Source of the DNA: an uncultured Chitinophagales bacterium
Lineage (GTDB): Bacteria; Bacteroidota; Bacteroidia; Chitinophagales; JADIYW01
Direction: 5' to 3'
NCBI GenBank assembly: GCA_964472755.1
Contig: CAYYMF010000001.1
Span: 2,381-66,380, forward strand
DNA: 64,000 nucleotides
The notes beneath the pieces were generated by a model. It was given only the letters and a program-made list of their open reading frames with translations. It had not been told where the DNA came from and searched no databases. The position numbers and the translations under genes were made by a program. Below, piece by piece: positions 38,718-47,342 of the stretch. How positions within the stretch are numbered: the stretch's first letter is position 1; every line of letters begins with the position of its first letter.

Positions 38718-40061
38718 TTATTTAGAAATTTTGTAATTAGCTTTTCTAGCTAAGTTTCTATTTGTAGAATTATCAATTCCACCAGATACTGCATTAATTC
38801 TTGATGCATTGATACCTTGTTGAACTAAGATGTTTTTAACATTGTTAGCTCTGTCTTGTGCTAATTGATCGTTGTAAGCTTTTGTTCCTGTTGCATCAGC
38901 ATAACCAGTTACAGTTAATTTTGCATTCGGATTAGCTTTTAAATAATCAGCGATTTGTTGGATACCTTGCATTGATGTAACTTGTGGTGTTCTTACATCA
39001 AAATCAAAATAAGTTGCCAAAGAACCACTATTTACTAAATCTAAAATCGTTTCATCTTTCTCAGTTGAATTTTGAATTGATTTTAACTTATCATTGATTG
39101 TTTGGTTTAATTCATTTCTTAATTTATCCAAATCTTCGTTTGTAGCAGCCTTATTTAATTTTGATTTTAATGCTTCAACTTCATCTTTTAAACTTTGAAT
39201 TTCTCCTTTGATACCTTCTCTGTCTTTATAGTATTCGTTTTTCAAATCATCTAAAGCTTTCTTCGTTGCTAATTCTTTTTTAGCCCAATCGATGTGTTGT
39301 TTTTTGCCAAAGTTATAAGTCAAACCTAAAGTATAAGTATGTAAAACAGCATCAACAGGACCTCTGTTGTCTCTTGTTCCATTTAATTGAGTTTGTTGTT
39401 TAAAGATTAATACTTGGCTAAAATCAGCAGTCAATACTAGTCTATCAATAATTCTAAATTGTGGTGTAAGCCCCCATTTAAAATCAATAATATTGTCTCT
39501 TTTAATTCTTGTAGCATAATTGCTTCCTGGGACAGATAAGTCAATCTTATCTTTGTCTAATTTAAAACTTCTATAACCAACTCCAGAATGTCCTAATAAG
39601 CCAAATCTTCCAGTAAATTCAGGGAAATGCATAATTTGTCCTAAATTGACAACACCTTCAACATCTATACCATAGTAGTGTCCTTTAAAATCAGTTATTT
39701 TAGATAAATCTCTTTTTCCAACTCCAAAACCAGGAGATACTTGGTCATAGCTGATATTTGTTTTAATACCAACATATCTATTAATCATAAATCTAGCACC
39801 TAAATCAATATGGAATGGTGATACTCTTGATGTGCTAAATTTACCATTTACACCAGAGTTAACGATAGTTTTACCTGCAGGAATAAGTGAATTAAATCCT
39901 CCGTTTAATTCTAAAGACCATCTGCTAAAGCTTCTATTGAAGGCTTTGTCTTCGCTAATTTCTTTTTTTACTTTCTCTTGCTTTTCTTCTTTCGCAATTG
40001 CCCCATTCATTAATATTAATGATAAGAATAAGGTAATTGACAGTTTGTTTAAATGTGTCAT
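38718..40061 (-). CDS. OmpA family protein (beta-barrel + coiled coil + OmpA_C domain)
   Basis: Signal peptide and C-terminal peptidoglycan-binding motif TGYADATGTKAYNDQLAQDRANNV. Confidence 0.88.
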   Translation of the reverse strand: MTHLNKLSITLFLSLILMNGAIAKEEKQEKVKKEISEDKAFNRSFSRWSLELNGGFNSLIPAGKTIVNSGVNGKFSTSRVSPFHIDLGARFMINRYVGIKTNISYDQVSPGFGVGKRDLSKITDFKGHYYGIDVEGVVNLGQIMHFPEFTGRFGLLGHSGVGYRSFKLDKDKIDLSVPGSNYATRIKRDNIIDFKWGLTPQFRIIDRLVLTADFSQVLIFKQQTQLNGTRDNRGPVDAVLHTYTLGLTYNFGKKQHIDWAKKELATKKALDDLKNEYYKDREGIKGEIQSLKDEVEALKSKLNKAATNEDLDKLRNELNQTINDKLKSIQNSTEKDETILDLVNSGSLATYFDFDVRTPQVTSMQGIQQIADYLKANPNAKLTVTGYADATGTKAYNDQLAQDRANNVKNILVQQGINASRINAVSGGIDNSTNRNLARKANYKISK

Positions 40062-40354
40062 AAATAATGTTTTTAGTTAAAAATTCTTTTTAATAATTGT
40101 TTTATCGGCTTTTAATACTCAAAGGTATCAAAATTCATGCTAAAAAAGATATGCGTACAATCATTTGTTGAAAAATAACTCAAATGTAATATTTTAGTAT
40201 ATATCTTATAATCTTATTGTAGCTAAAAGTTAAGGCTACTCGTCATTAACATCAATTAACAACTTTTTATTGCTTAAATATATTGTAGTTTTATATAGTG
40301 AGTTTGATGTAATTTTAAATTATTGTTTATTGATATTTAATTAGTAAAAAAATG

Positions 40355-40362
40355 TATCTTTG
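40355..40362 (+). promoter_or_regulatory. -7 box TATCTTTG upstream of SRP RNA
   Basis: Exact TAnnTTTG, 4-5 nt before the first base of the terminal helix of the RNA. Confidence 0.55.
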
Positions 40363-40366
40363 CACT

Positions 40367-40465
40367 CGGGCAAGTCTCATACGACCAGCTCCTTACAAAT
40401 CCTCCAGGGTCGGAAGGCAGCAAAGGTAGTCGGTTGTAGCGGTGCGATATGAGTAACTTGCCTTT
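40367..40465 (+). ncRNA. ffs: Signal recognition particle RNA (small bacterial type, 4.5S)
   Basis: The terminal helix pairs ggcaagtctcata with tatgagtaacttgcc. The conserved domain IV core is ccagggtcGGAAggcagcaaagg. A T-rich tract follows. Confidence 0.85.
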
Positions 40466-40494
40466 CTTTTTTATATTGAAAATCTAATTATATT

Positions 40495-40824
40495 ATGTTC
40501 CAATTATTTATTTTACAGCAACAAGCAGCTCCAGGAAACTCAACATTTACATTAATTATGTTTGGATTGATGTTTGTTGTTTTTTATTTCTTTTTAATTC
40601 GGCCTCAATCTAAGAAGGCAAAGGAGCAAGAAAAATATATTGCTGACTTAAAAGTTGGTGATAAGATTGTAACAATTGCTGGTATTCATGGAAAAATTGT
40701 TGCCGTAAATGAAGGAGATAATACATTTTCTATTCAAGTGGATAGTACAACAAAAATGAAAATAGAACGTAGTTCCATTTCTTTAGAAATGAGTAAAAAA
40801 GTTCAAGACAGTCCTGCATCCTAA
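40495..40824 (+). CDS. yajC: Preprotein translocase subunit YajC
   Basis: A single TM followed by ...RPQSKKAKEQEKYIADLKVGDKIVTIAGIHGKIV. Confidence 0.92.
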   Translation: MFQLFILQQQAAPGNSTFTLIMFGLMFVVFYFFLIRPQSKKAKEQEKYIADLKVGDKIVTIAGIHGKIVAVNEGDNTFSIQVDSTTKMKIERSSISLEMSKKVQDSPAS

Positions 40825-40829
40825 TTGCT

Positions 40830-41423
40830 ATGCTAAAAATTGGTGTAACAGGTGGCATAGGTAGTGGAAAAACTACAGTTTGTTTGTTATTTCAGCAACT
40901 TTTTAATATTCCAGTTTATTATGCCGATGTTCGTGCAAAACATATCATTAATGAAAATCAAACGATAAAAGACCAAATTATTGCATTATTTGGCGAAGAT
41001 GCTTATCTAAACAATGAATATAATAGAACGTTTATTGCTTCAAAGGTTTTTAACAATAATACACTTTTACAACAATTGAATGCAATTGTACATCCTGCTG
41101 TGTTTAAAGATGCACAACATTTTTTTAATAAACATCAATCAGAAAATTATGTTTTATATGAAGCTGCTATTTTATTTGAAAGTGGAGGCTACAAAACAAT
41201 GGATAAAAATATTTTAGTTATTGCACCCACGGAATTGAGGATTGAAAGGACAATGAATAGAGATGGAATAACATCAGATAAAGTTAAGCAAAGAATTAAG
41301 AACCAAAAACCAGATGAAGAAAAAATAAAACTTAGTAACTTTGTGATTGTAAATGATGGAGAAAAAGACTTGAAATCACAAGTTCAAGAAATACATCGTT
41401 TAATTTTAGAAAGTATAAAATAA
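40830..41423 (+). CDS. coaE: Dephospho-CoA kinase
   Basis: P-loop GVTGGIGSGKTT. Confidence 0.92.
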   Translation: MLKIGVTGGIGSGKTTVCLLFQQLFNIPVYYADVRAKHIINENQTIKDQIIALFGEDAYLNNEYNRTFIASKVFNNNTLLQQLNAIVHPAVFKDAQHFFNKHQSENYVLYEAAILFESGGYKTMDKNILVIAPTELRIERTMNRDGITSDKVKQRIKNQKPDEEKIKLSNFVIVNDGEKDLKSQVQEIHRLILESIK

Positions 41424-41457
41424 AGATAGAATTTATAACAGATAAAAAATACAAAAA

Positions 41458-42390
41458 ATGGCAGAGGAAATTATTGACGTATTAATTATTGGAGCAGGAC
41501 CAGCAGGTTATACCGCCGCAATTTATGCGGCAAGAGCTAATTTAAAACCAGTACTTTATACAGGAATTGAGCCAGGAGGACAATTAATGACGACAACAGA
41601 TGTTGAAAACTATCCAGGATATCCAGATGCTGTAACTGGACCTAAAATGATGTCTGATTTTCAAAGTCAAGCAGAAAGAATGGGTACAGATATTCGTTTT
41701 GGAACAGTAAGTAAAGTAGATTTTTCAAGTAAAATTCATACGGTTTGGATTGATGATGAAAAAGAATTAAAAGCAAAAACAGTAATTATTGCAACAGGAG
41801 CAAAAGCTAAATGGTTGGGATTAGAATCAGAAACTAGATTGAATGGAAATGGCGTATCTGCTTGTGCTGTTTGTGATGGTTTTTTCTATAAAGGTAAAGA
41901 AGTTGCTATTGTTGGAGCAGGTGATACCGCATGTGAGGAAGCATTGTATCTTTCTAAACTTTGTCCTACGGTACACATGATTGTTCGAAAAGATGAAATG
42001 CGTGCATCTAAGGTTATGCAAGACAGAGTAATCAATACCCCGAATATTAAAATTTATTGGAATACAGAAACTTTAGAAGTAATAGGCGGACAAAAAGTAG
42101 AAGCTATTAGAGTAAAAAATAATCAAACAAAAGAAGAGCAAGAAATAAAGTTAGAAGGATTTTTTGTGGCGATAGGTCATGAACCAAATTCAAAAGTTTT
42201 TGCTTCTTTTTTAGATGTTGATGATGTGGGCTATATTATTACAGAAGCGAAATCTTCAAAAACTAAAGTTGCAGGTGTTTTTGCTGCTGGCGATGTTCAA
42301 GATAGAATTTATAGACAAGCTGTAACATCGGCAGGTAGTGGTTGTATGGCTGCTTTAGATGCTGAAAGATATTTAGCAGAGCACTTTTAA
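41458..42390 (+). CDS. trxB: Thioredoxin-disulfide reductase
   Basis: GAGPAGYTAA, redox-active CAVCDG, GAGDTACEEA. Confidence 0.96.
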   Translation: MAEEIIDVLIIGAGPAGYTAAIYAARANLKPVLYTGIEPGGQLMTTTDVENYPGYPDAVTGPKMMSDFQSQAERMGTDIRFGTVSKVDFSSKIHTVWIDDEKELKAKTVIIATGAKAKWLGLESETRLNGNGVSACAVCDGFFYKGKEVAIVGAGDTACEEALYLSKLCPTVHMIVRKDEMRASKVMQDRVINTPNIKIYWNTETLEVIGGQKVEAIRVKNNQTKEEQEIKLEGFFVAIGHEPNSKVFASFLDVDDVGYIITEAKSSKTKVAGVFAAGDVQDRIYRQAVTSAGSGCMAALDAERYLAEHF

Positions 42391-42429
42391 TCAATGATTA
42401 AAATCATATTTTTATTTCAATATTATTGC

Positions 42430-42437
42430 TATCTTTG
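42430..42437 (+). promoter_or_regulatory. -7 box TATCTTTG upstream of the cytochrome c gene
   Basis: Exact TAnnTTTG, 17 nt from the ATG at 42455. Confidence 0.45.
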
Positions 42438-42454
42438 TTTTAAATTAATTTTAT

Positions 42455-42940
42455 ATGAGAAAAAAATTATTATCCCTTACTTTAGTAACAACATTATTCT
42501 TTGTTGCTTGTAATAATAGTGAAAAACCAGCAACTGAAACGCCAGCTCCTGAAGCGACGACAGAAGAAGTAACAGAAGATGTTGCAGAATATGATCCTAA
42601 ACGTGGAGAAGGAGAGTATGATGAATCAAATCTTCAATTAGCAGGATTGGATGCTGCAATGGCTACAAAAGGAAAAGCAATTTCTGAAACAAAATGTATG
42701 TCTTGCCACAAAGCAACGGATGAAAAATTAGTTGGTCCAGGATGGAAAGGTGTTACTCAAAGAAATACAGCTCATTGGATTATGAACTTTATTACAAATC
42801 CTGATGCAATGTTAGATAAAGATCCTGAGTTACAAAAACAAATTGAAATTTGTTTAGTTCGTATGCCAGACCAAAATTTAAGTGGCGAAGAAGCAAGAGA
42901 AATTTTAGAATATATGCGTCAAAATGATGGTGTAAAATAA
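42455..42940 (+). CDS. c-type cytochrome lipoprotein
   Basis: Lipoprotein signal (..FFVACNN) and a single haem motif CMSCH. Confidence 0.85.
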   Translation: MRKKLLSLTLVTTLFFVACNNSEKPATETPAPEATTEEVTEDVAEYDPKRGEGEYDESNLQLAGLDAAMATKGKAISETKCMSCHKATDEKLVGPGWKGVTQRNTAHWIMNFITNPDAMLDKDPELQKQIEICLVRMPDQNLSGEEAREILEYMRQNDGVK

Positions 42941-42960
42941 ATAATGCAGAAATTATTATA

Positions 42961-42993
42961 AAAAAAGGTCAGAATTTTTTCTGACCTTTTTTT
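42961..42993. terminator. Bidirectional rho-independent terminator
   Basis: aaaaaaaggtcag-aatttttt-ctgaccttttttt. Stem ggtcag (42967-42972) / ctgacc (42981-42986), extended by A/T pairs. Confidence 0.85.
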
Positions 42994-43007
42994 ATTTACA
43001 ATTGTTG

Positions 43008-43502
43008 TTACTTCTTTTTCCTTGCTTTAATGCTCCATTCAAAAGTAAATTCTGAAGTAATATTTCCGTGTTTGTCATATCCAATAGATTTTACATTAAA
43101 TGCATCAGGCTCTCCAGTTTGTATAGCCTTTTGAACACGTTCTCTAATCATCTCGCCTTCTTCGCAAACAAAAGTAGTTAAACCAGTGGCTGTCTTAATA
43201 AACTTGGAAGAAAGTCCAGTAACAAATGTAGAGATAGAAGGATTGCTTTTGTGAATATACATTAATAACAATGCACCACCAGCCATCTCTGCAGCCATAC
43301 CAAGAACAGCCCAATATGTTGTATCAAATGGATTTTTATTTAAAAAACGATAAGGAACCGTAATTTTACAGGTTGTTTCAGTTAATTCGGTCATTCGACA
43401 ATCAGCAACGCCTGCTAAAGGAAGTTTTGCAAAAAGTCCTGCCTTAAAAGAAATTGGATTTAGTACCAATTTTCTATATTGTTCTTGTTCTTTGGTAAGC
43501 AT
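43008..43502 (-). CDS. Hot-dog fold thioesterase-like protein (DUF4442-like)
   Basis: 164 aa. ...VPYRFLNKNPFDTTYWAVLGMAAEMAGGALL... resembles DUF4442/PaaI-like proteins. Assigned from memory. Confidence 0.55.
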   Translation of the reverse strand: MLTKEQEQYRKLVLNPISFKAGLFAKLPLAGVADCRMTELTETTCKITVPYRFLNKNPFDTTYWAVLGMAAEMAGGALLLMYIHKSNPSISTFVTGLSSKFIKTATGLTTFVCEEGEMIRERVQKAIQTGEPDAFNVKSIGYDKHGNITSEFTFEWSIKARKKK

Positions 43503-43560
43503 CTTTAATATTTATTTTGATGAAGATAATTGATATTCATGATAATATTCTAAACATAAG

Positions 43561-43929
43561 TTAGTTTTTATCCATTTTGTAAGCTAAGTGAAAAGTAAGG
43601 CTTCTAGACCATCTGAAAATCATTGGAATAAGTACTAACATTAAAACAGTATTTAAAATAACAAAAGTGCCAACTTTGTTTAAAAAGCCATAAATGGAAG
43701 AATAGATTAGAAATAAAACAACAGATAAAACTCCGCTTAGGAAATAACCAGTGTACATGGATAGCCAATAAAAACCAGTTTCGTTGCTATAATCTAAGTT
43801 ACAATTTGGACAATTTTTATGCATTTTATCCATATTTTTAATGTGATATGGATTAGCATCTAAAAATAAATTTCCTTTATAACAATTAGGACATTTTGCT
43901 AAAAGAATAGCTTTTATTTTTTTAAACAT
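43561..43929 (-). CDS. DUF983 family membrane protein
   Basis: Two CxxC pairs (CPNCYKG, CPNCNLDY) followed by two TM helices. Confidence 0.7.
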   Translation of the reverse strand: MFKKIKAILLAKCPNCYKGNLFLDANPYHIKNMDKMHKNCPNCNLDYSNETGFYWLSMYTGYFLSGVLSVVLFLIYSSIYGFLNKVGTFVILNTVLMLVLIPMIFRWSRSLTFHLAYKMDKN

Positions 43930-44000
43930 ACTACTTATTTATCCTACAAAAGTAAGATGTTTTGATAATATTTTTAAATCTTGAAAATAGAGATGTGTTT

Positions 44001-44172
44001 TAACCCGAATTATGCAATAGGATTCGTTATGAAAGAGAAAACACCAATAAAATATAAACTTTTGTGATTGAAACATAGCAACCTCTATGGTGAATGAGCA
44101 AAAGTTAGCGTAGCGTTATATTTTGCAGGCGTTTTTGATTGTAATAGAATATCTATTGTATAATTCGGGTTT
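44001..44172. mobile_element. MITE-like element bounded by about 20-bp terminal inverted repeats
   Basis: The left end taacccgaattatgcaatag (44001-44020) matches the reverse complement of the right end ctattgtataattcgggttt (44153-44172) at 18 of 20 positions. No ORF. The right half recurs at 19330-19412. Confidence 0.65.
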
Positions 44173-44242
44173 AATAATACAAACGATATAATTTGAATAC
44201 TATTACAAAGCATTTCTAGCTTTTTCTTCTAATATTTATCAC

Positions 44243-44250
44243 TACTTTTG
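44243..44250 (+). promoter_or_regulatory. -7 box TACTTTTG upstream of the first GT-C gene
   Basis: TAnnTTTG, 11 nt from the ATG at 44262. Confidence 0.45.
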
Positions 44251-44261
44251 TTTGGTAACAG

Positions 44262-45620
44262 ATGAACGGAATTAATAAAGATAGACAAAATTTAATTTTT
44301 GTATTTGCTTTTGTATTAGCATTTGTTGTTAATTATTTTTCGTGGAATAAGCCTTTTTTTTGGGATAGCTTATTAACATCTTCTGTAACCCAATTCTATT
44401 TTGAACATGGGTTTGGAAACTTAATTTTACCCAATGCTTTAGATGCTGATCACCCTCCTTTTTTTTATGTTTATGTTGTTGTTTTTTATAAATTATTTGG
44501 TTTAAACTTGTTTGCAGCACACTTATCTATGCTTTTACCTAGTTTATTGGGCTTATTTGCATTCGTAAAAATTTTACAACACTTAAATTTCTCCTATAAA
44601 TTACAAACGTTTACCATTTTAGGCTATTTTTCTATTCCTGCAATACTTACACAACATACTTTAGTAAGTTATGATTTGATGCTTTCTTCGCTTTATTTAT
44701 TTGGTATCTATTGTATTTTATTTGAGCGAAAAATTTTATTGAGTATAATTGCTATTGGCATCTGTAGTGTTGCTGCTCGTGGATTATTCTTTATGCTTAG
44801 TTTGTTTTTTATTTATTATCTATACAATAGAAATCTAAAAAAATCTATACTAATTTTTTTACCAGCATTATTATTATTTGGAATATGGATGATTTATCAT
44901 ACTTTATTTACACAGCATTTTATTACTTTAGAAAATAATTGGAGTGAACATCGAAAGTTGGTTAATTTAAGGGGATTAACTATGAATCTTATTGCTTTAG
45001 CAAGAGTTCTTTTTGACTTTGGGATTGTTTTACTTTTTATTATTCAGATGTTCCAATTTTATATTACAAAGAAAATAAGTCGGCTTCAATTATTTTGGAT
45101 TATTCCTTTTATAGTTTTTGCTGGAGGTTTTGTTTTTTTATCTAACCCAATTGGACATCGATATTTTTTGGTTGTGTATATCTTTCTTCTAATTTCTTCT
45201 ATTTATTTTTTAAATAAGCAATATAAAAAGTGGCTTTGGATTCTATGTTTGTTGCCTTTGGGTCATTTTCAAATTTATGGCAATCGTATTTCAAATGGTT
45301 GGGATTGTACTTTAGAATATTTGTCATTTATTTCCCTAAAAAATGATTTTGATAAATATATTAAATCAGCGAACATTGATAATTTAAATTTAGGTACTGT
45401 TTTTCCTATGAATTTATCTGAGCGTCAGTATTATTTATCAGGAGATAGTCGTTCAATGGTTAATATACATGGAAAAAATATAGATGATTATTCATTTATT
45501 TTATATTCAAATATTGGGAATGATTTTTCAAATAATCAATTAGACCGAATGCAACAATATCAGATTGTGAAAAGTGAAAAACGTGGCAGAGTTACGATGA
45601 TACTCTATTATACAAAGTAA
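44262..45620 (+). CDS. GT-C fold glycosyltransferase, ArnT/PMT_2 (GT39/GT83)-like
   Basis: About 11 TM segments. Acidic residues follow TM1 (..FFWDSLL..), and the ..DADHPPFFYVYVVVFYKLFG motif resembles the HPPL-YY motif of this family. Confidence 0.6.
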   Translation: MNGINKDRQNLIFVFAFVLAFVVNYFSWNKPFFWDSLLTSSVTQFYFEHGFGNLILPNALDADHPPFFYVYVVVFYKLFGLNLFAAHLSMLLPSLLGLFAFVKILQHLNFSYKLQTFTILGYFSIPAILTQHTLVSYDLMLSSLYLFGIYCILFERKILLSIIAIGICSVAARGLFFMLSLFFIYYLYNRNLKKSILIFLPALLLFGIWMIYHTLFTQHFITLENNWSEHRKLVNLRGLTMNLIALARVLFDFGIVLLFIIQMFQFYITKKISRLQLFWIIPFIVFAGGFVFLSNPIGHRYFLVVYIFLLISSIYFLNKQYKKWLWILCLLPLGHFQIYGNRISNGWDCTLEYLSFISLKNDFDKYIKSANIDNLNLGTVFPMNLSERQYYLSGDSRSMVNIHGKNIDDYSFILYSNIGNDFSNNQLDRMQQYQIVKSEKRGRVTMILYYTK

Positions 45621-45682
45621 TTTATCATCGGAATATTCTAAATTTAACTCATAAAAAAACAGTATCTTAGTTTCCATTTTTG

Positions 45683-47287
45683 ATGGAAACCATAAAGCCG
45701 AAATATAATAAACAAGATATTATTAATGTAGGTCTGATACTGTTGCTTGGGTTTTTTATTGCTCAGCAGCTTCAAGATTATATGGATGTACTGCTTTGGG
45801 ACGAAGCAATATATTTAGACCGAGGATTTTTATTATGGAAGATAATTCCAAATACTTGGGGTCCAATTTATTCAGTTTGGTATAAATTTTTGTCCTATAT
45901 CGAACAAAATAAAATAGCTTTATATTATTTGAATTACAAAGTACTTTATCTTTTAAGTTCAATTTTAGCATATTTATTTATGGTGGCTTTAAGAACTCCA
46001 AAAGTTATGACGTTGTTTTTTGTATGTATGTGGTTGATTCACCCATACAATTTACCATCTTGGCCAAAAATATCTCATTTTGTTATTTGTATTATATTAT
46101 TTGCTGCCCTATTTATACAATATTTAAAAAGTACCATCAATCAAATTGTTGTTTTTTCTATCGCTTTTCTAATTTGTGGTTTTGCTCGTCCTGAATTGTA
46201 TTTATCGTTTATTTTTTCTGTTTTATTGTTATTTATTTTAATTTTTATCAATAGAAAGAATATTAACCAATCAAATATTTTAAGCATTTGTATATGGTTG
46301 TTGTTTGTAGGTGTTACGTATAAACTATATCGAACGCCACTTACCAATGGTGATGCCCAGAGAGGCATGGGTGTTTTTATACAACATTTTGCACTTAATT
46401 ATTCTATTTGGAACAAACAAGATGTTTTGTGGTGGTTCGATTTTCAAGATGCTGTGATGCATTGTTTTAAGCCACCATATACACTTAAAAATTTTGTAGA
46501 AAATCCTTATTTATGGAAACACTTTTCATTTAATATTCAACTATTATTATCAAAATCATTTAGTTTAATATTCAACCTAATTTTTCCATTTCATTTTATC
46601 AGTAAAAAAATATTTTTTGTACTTAGTTCTCTGCTGTCACTTTATCTTCTATATAAAAATAAGTGTAAAATTAAGTACTTCTTTCAACTGATAAAGGAAC
46701 AGTTTCTTTTGTTTAGTTTGTTGTTATTATCTGTTTTACCATCTATTGCATCATCAATTTATGCACATCCTAGAACACATTATTTAGTCCTATTTTTTCC
46801 TTTTATCTTTTTTATACTCAGTGCATTTTTTCCAAAGGATAAGGAGTCAAATATTTTACATAGCCTACTCATCTTTTTAGTTTTTATATTATTTATGCCA
46901 AAAGCAAAAGACTTTCAGTATTTTGATTTATATGGTACTGATAAAAATATGATGACAAAAAAATCCATTAGCTTTATTGAAGATAAATATCAAAATCAGC
47001 CAACTACAATTTTGGATATTGATGGATTGATGCCATCTTTGATGAATAGTAATTTTAAATCAAGCAATATTCGACCCTTAATTAAAGAAGATTCTGTATT
47101 AATTTCAGCTATTATACTTAATGAACAACCTGATATTATATATATTACACCAACTATGATGAAACTAAAGAAAAACAAAACAGATAGCTTGTTTCAACAA
47201 ATGATAGCAGCACCAGAACGATTTAATTATCATAAACAATCTATACCAACTTTAGAAGATGTTTATCTTTTGGAGAAAACGAAGTAA
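45683..47287 (+). CDS. Polytopic membrane protein, putative GT-C-like glycosyltransferase, paralog A
   Basis: At least 10 TM segments, LLWDEAIYLDRG directly after TM1, and a soluble C-terminal domain of about 130 aa. Clearly paralogous to the next gene. An ATG at 45683 follows a TTG at 45680. Confidence 0.45.
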   Translation: METIKPKYNKQDIINVGLILLLGFFIAQQLQDYMDVLLWDEAIYLDRGFLLWKIIPNTWGPIYSVWYKFLSYIEQNKIALYYLNYKVLYLLSSILAYLFMVALRTPKVMTLFFVCMWLIHPYNLPSWPKISHFVICIILFAALFIQYLKSTINQIVVFSIAFLICGFARPELYLSFIFSVLLLFILIFINRKNINQSNILSICIWLLFVGVTYKLYRTPLTNGDAQRGMGVFIQHFALNYSIWNKQDVLWWFDFQDAVMHCFKPPYTLKNFVENPYLWKHFSFNIQLLLSKSFSLIFNLIFPFHFISKKIFFVLSSLLSLYLLYKNKCKIKYFFQLIKEQFLLFSLLLLSVLPSIASSIYAHPRTHYLVLFFPFIFFILSAFFPKDKESNILHSLLIFLVFILFMPKAKDFQYFDLYGTDKNMMTKKSISFIEDKYQNQPTTILDIDGLMPSLMNSNFKSSNIRPLIKEDSVLISAIILNEQPDIIYITPTMMKLKKNKTDSLFQQMIAAPERFNYHKQSIPTLEDVYLLEKTK

Positions 47288-47342
47288 ATGAATAAATATT
47301 AAAAACCATTAATAGTTATAGACTTTAAAAACAACTTACCTT

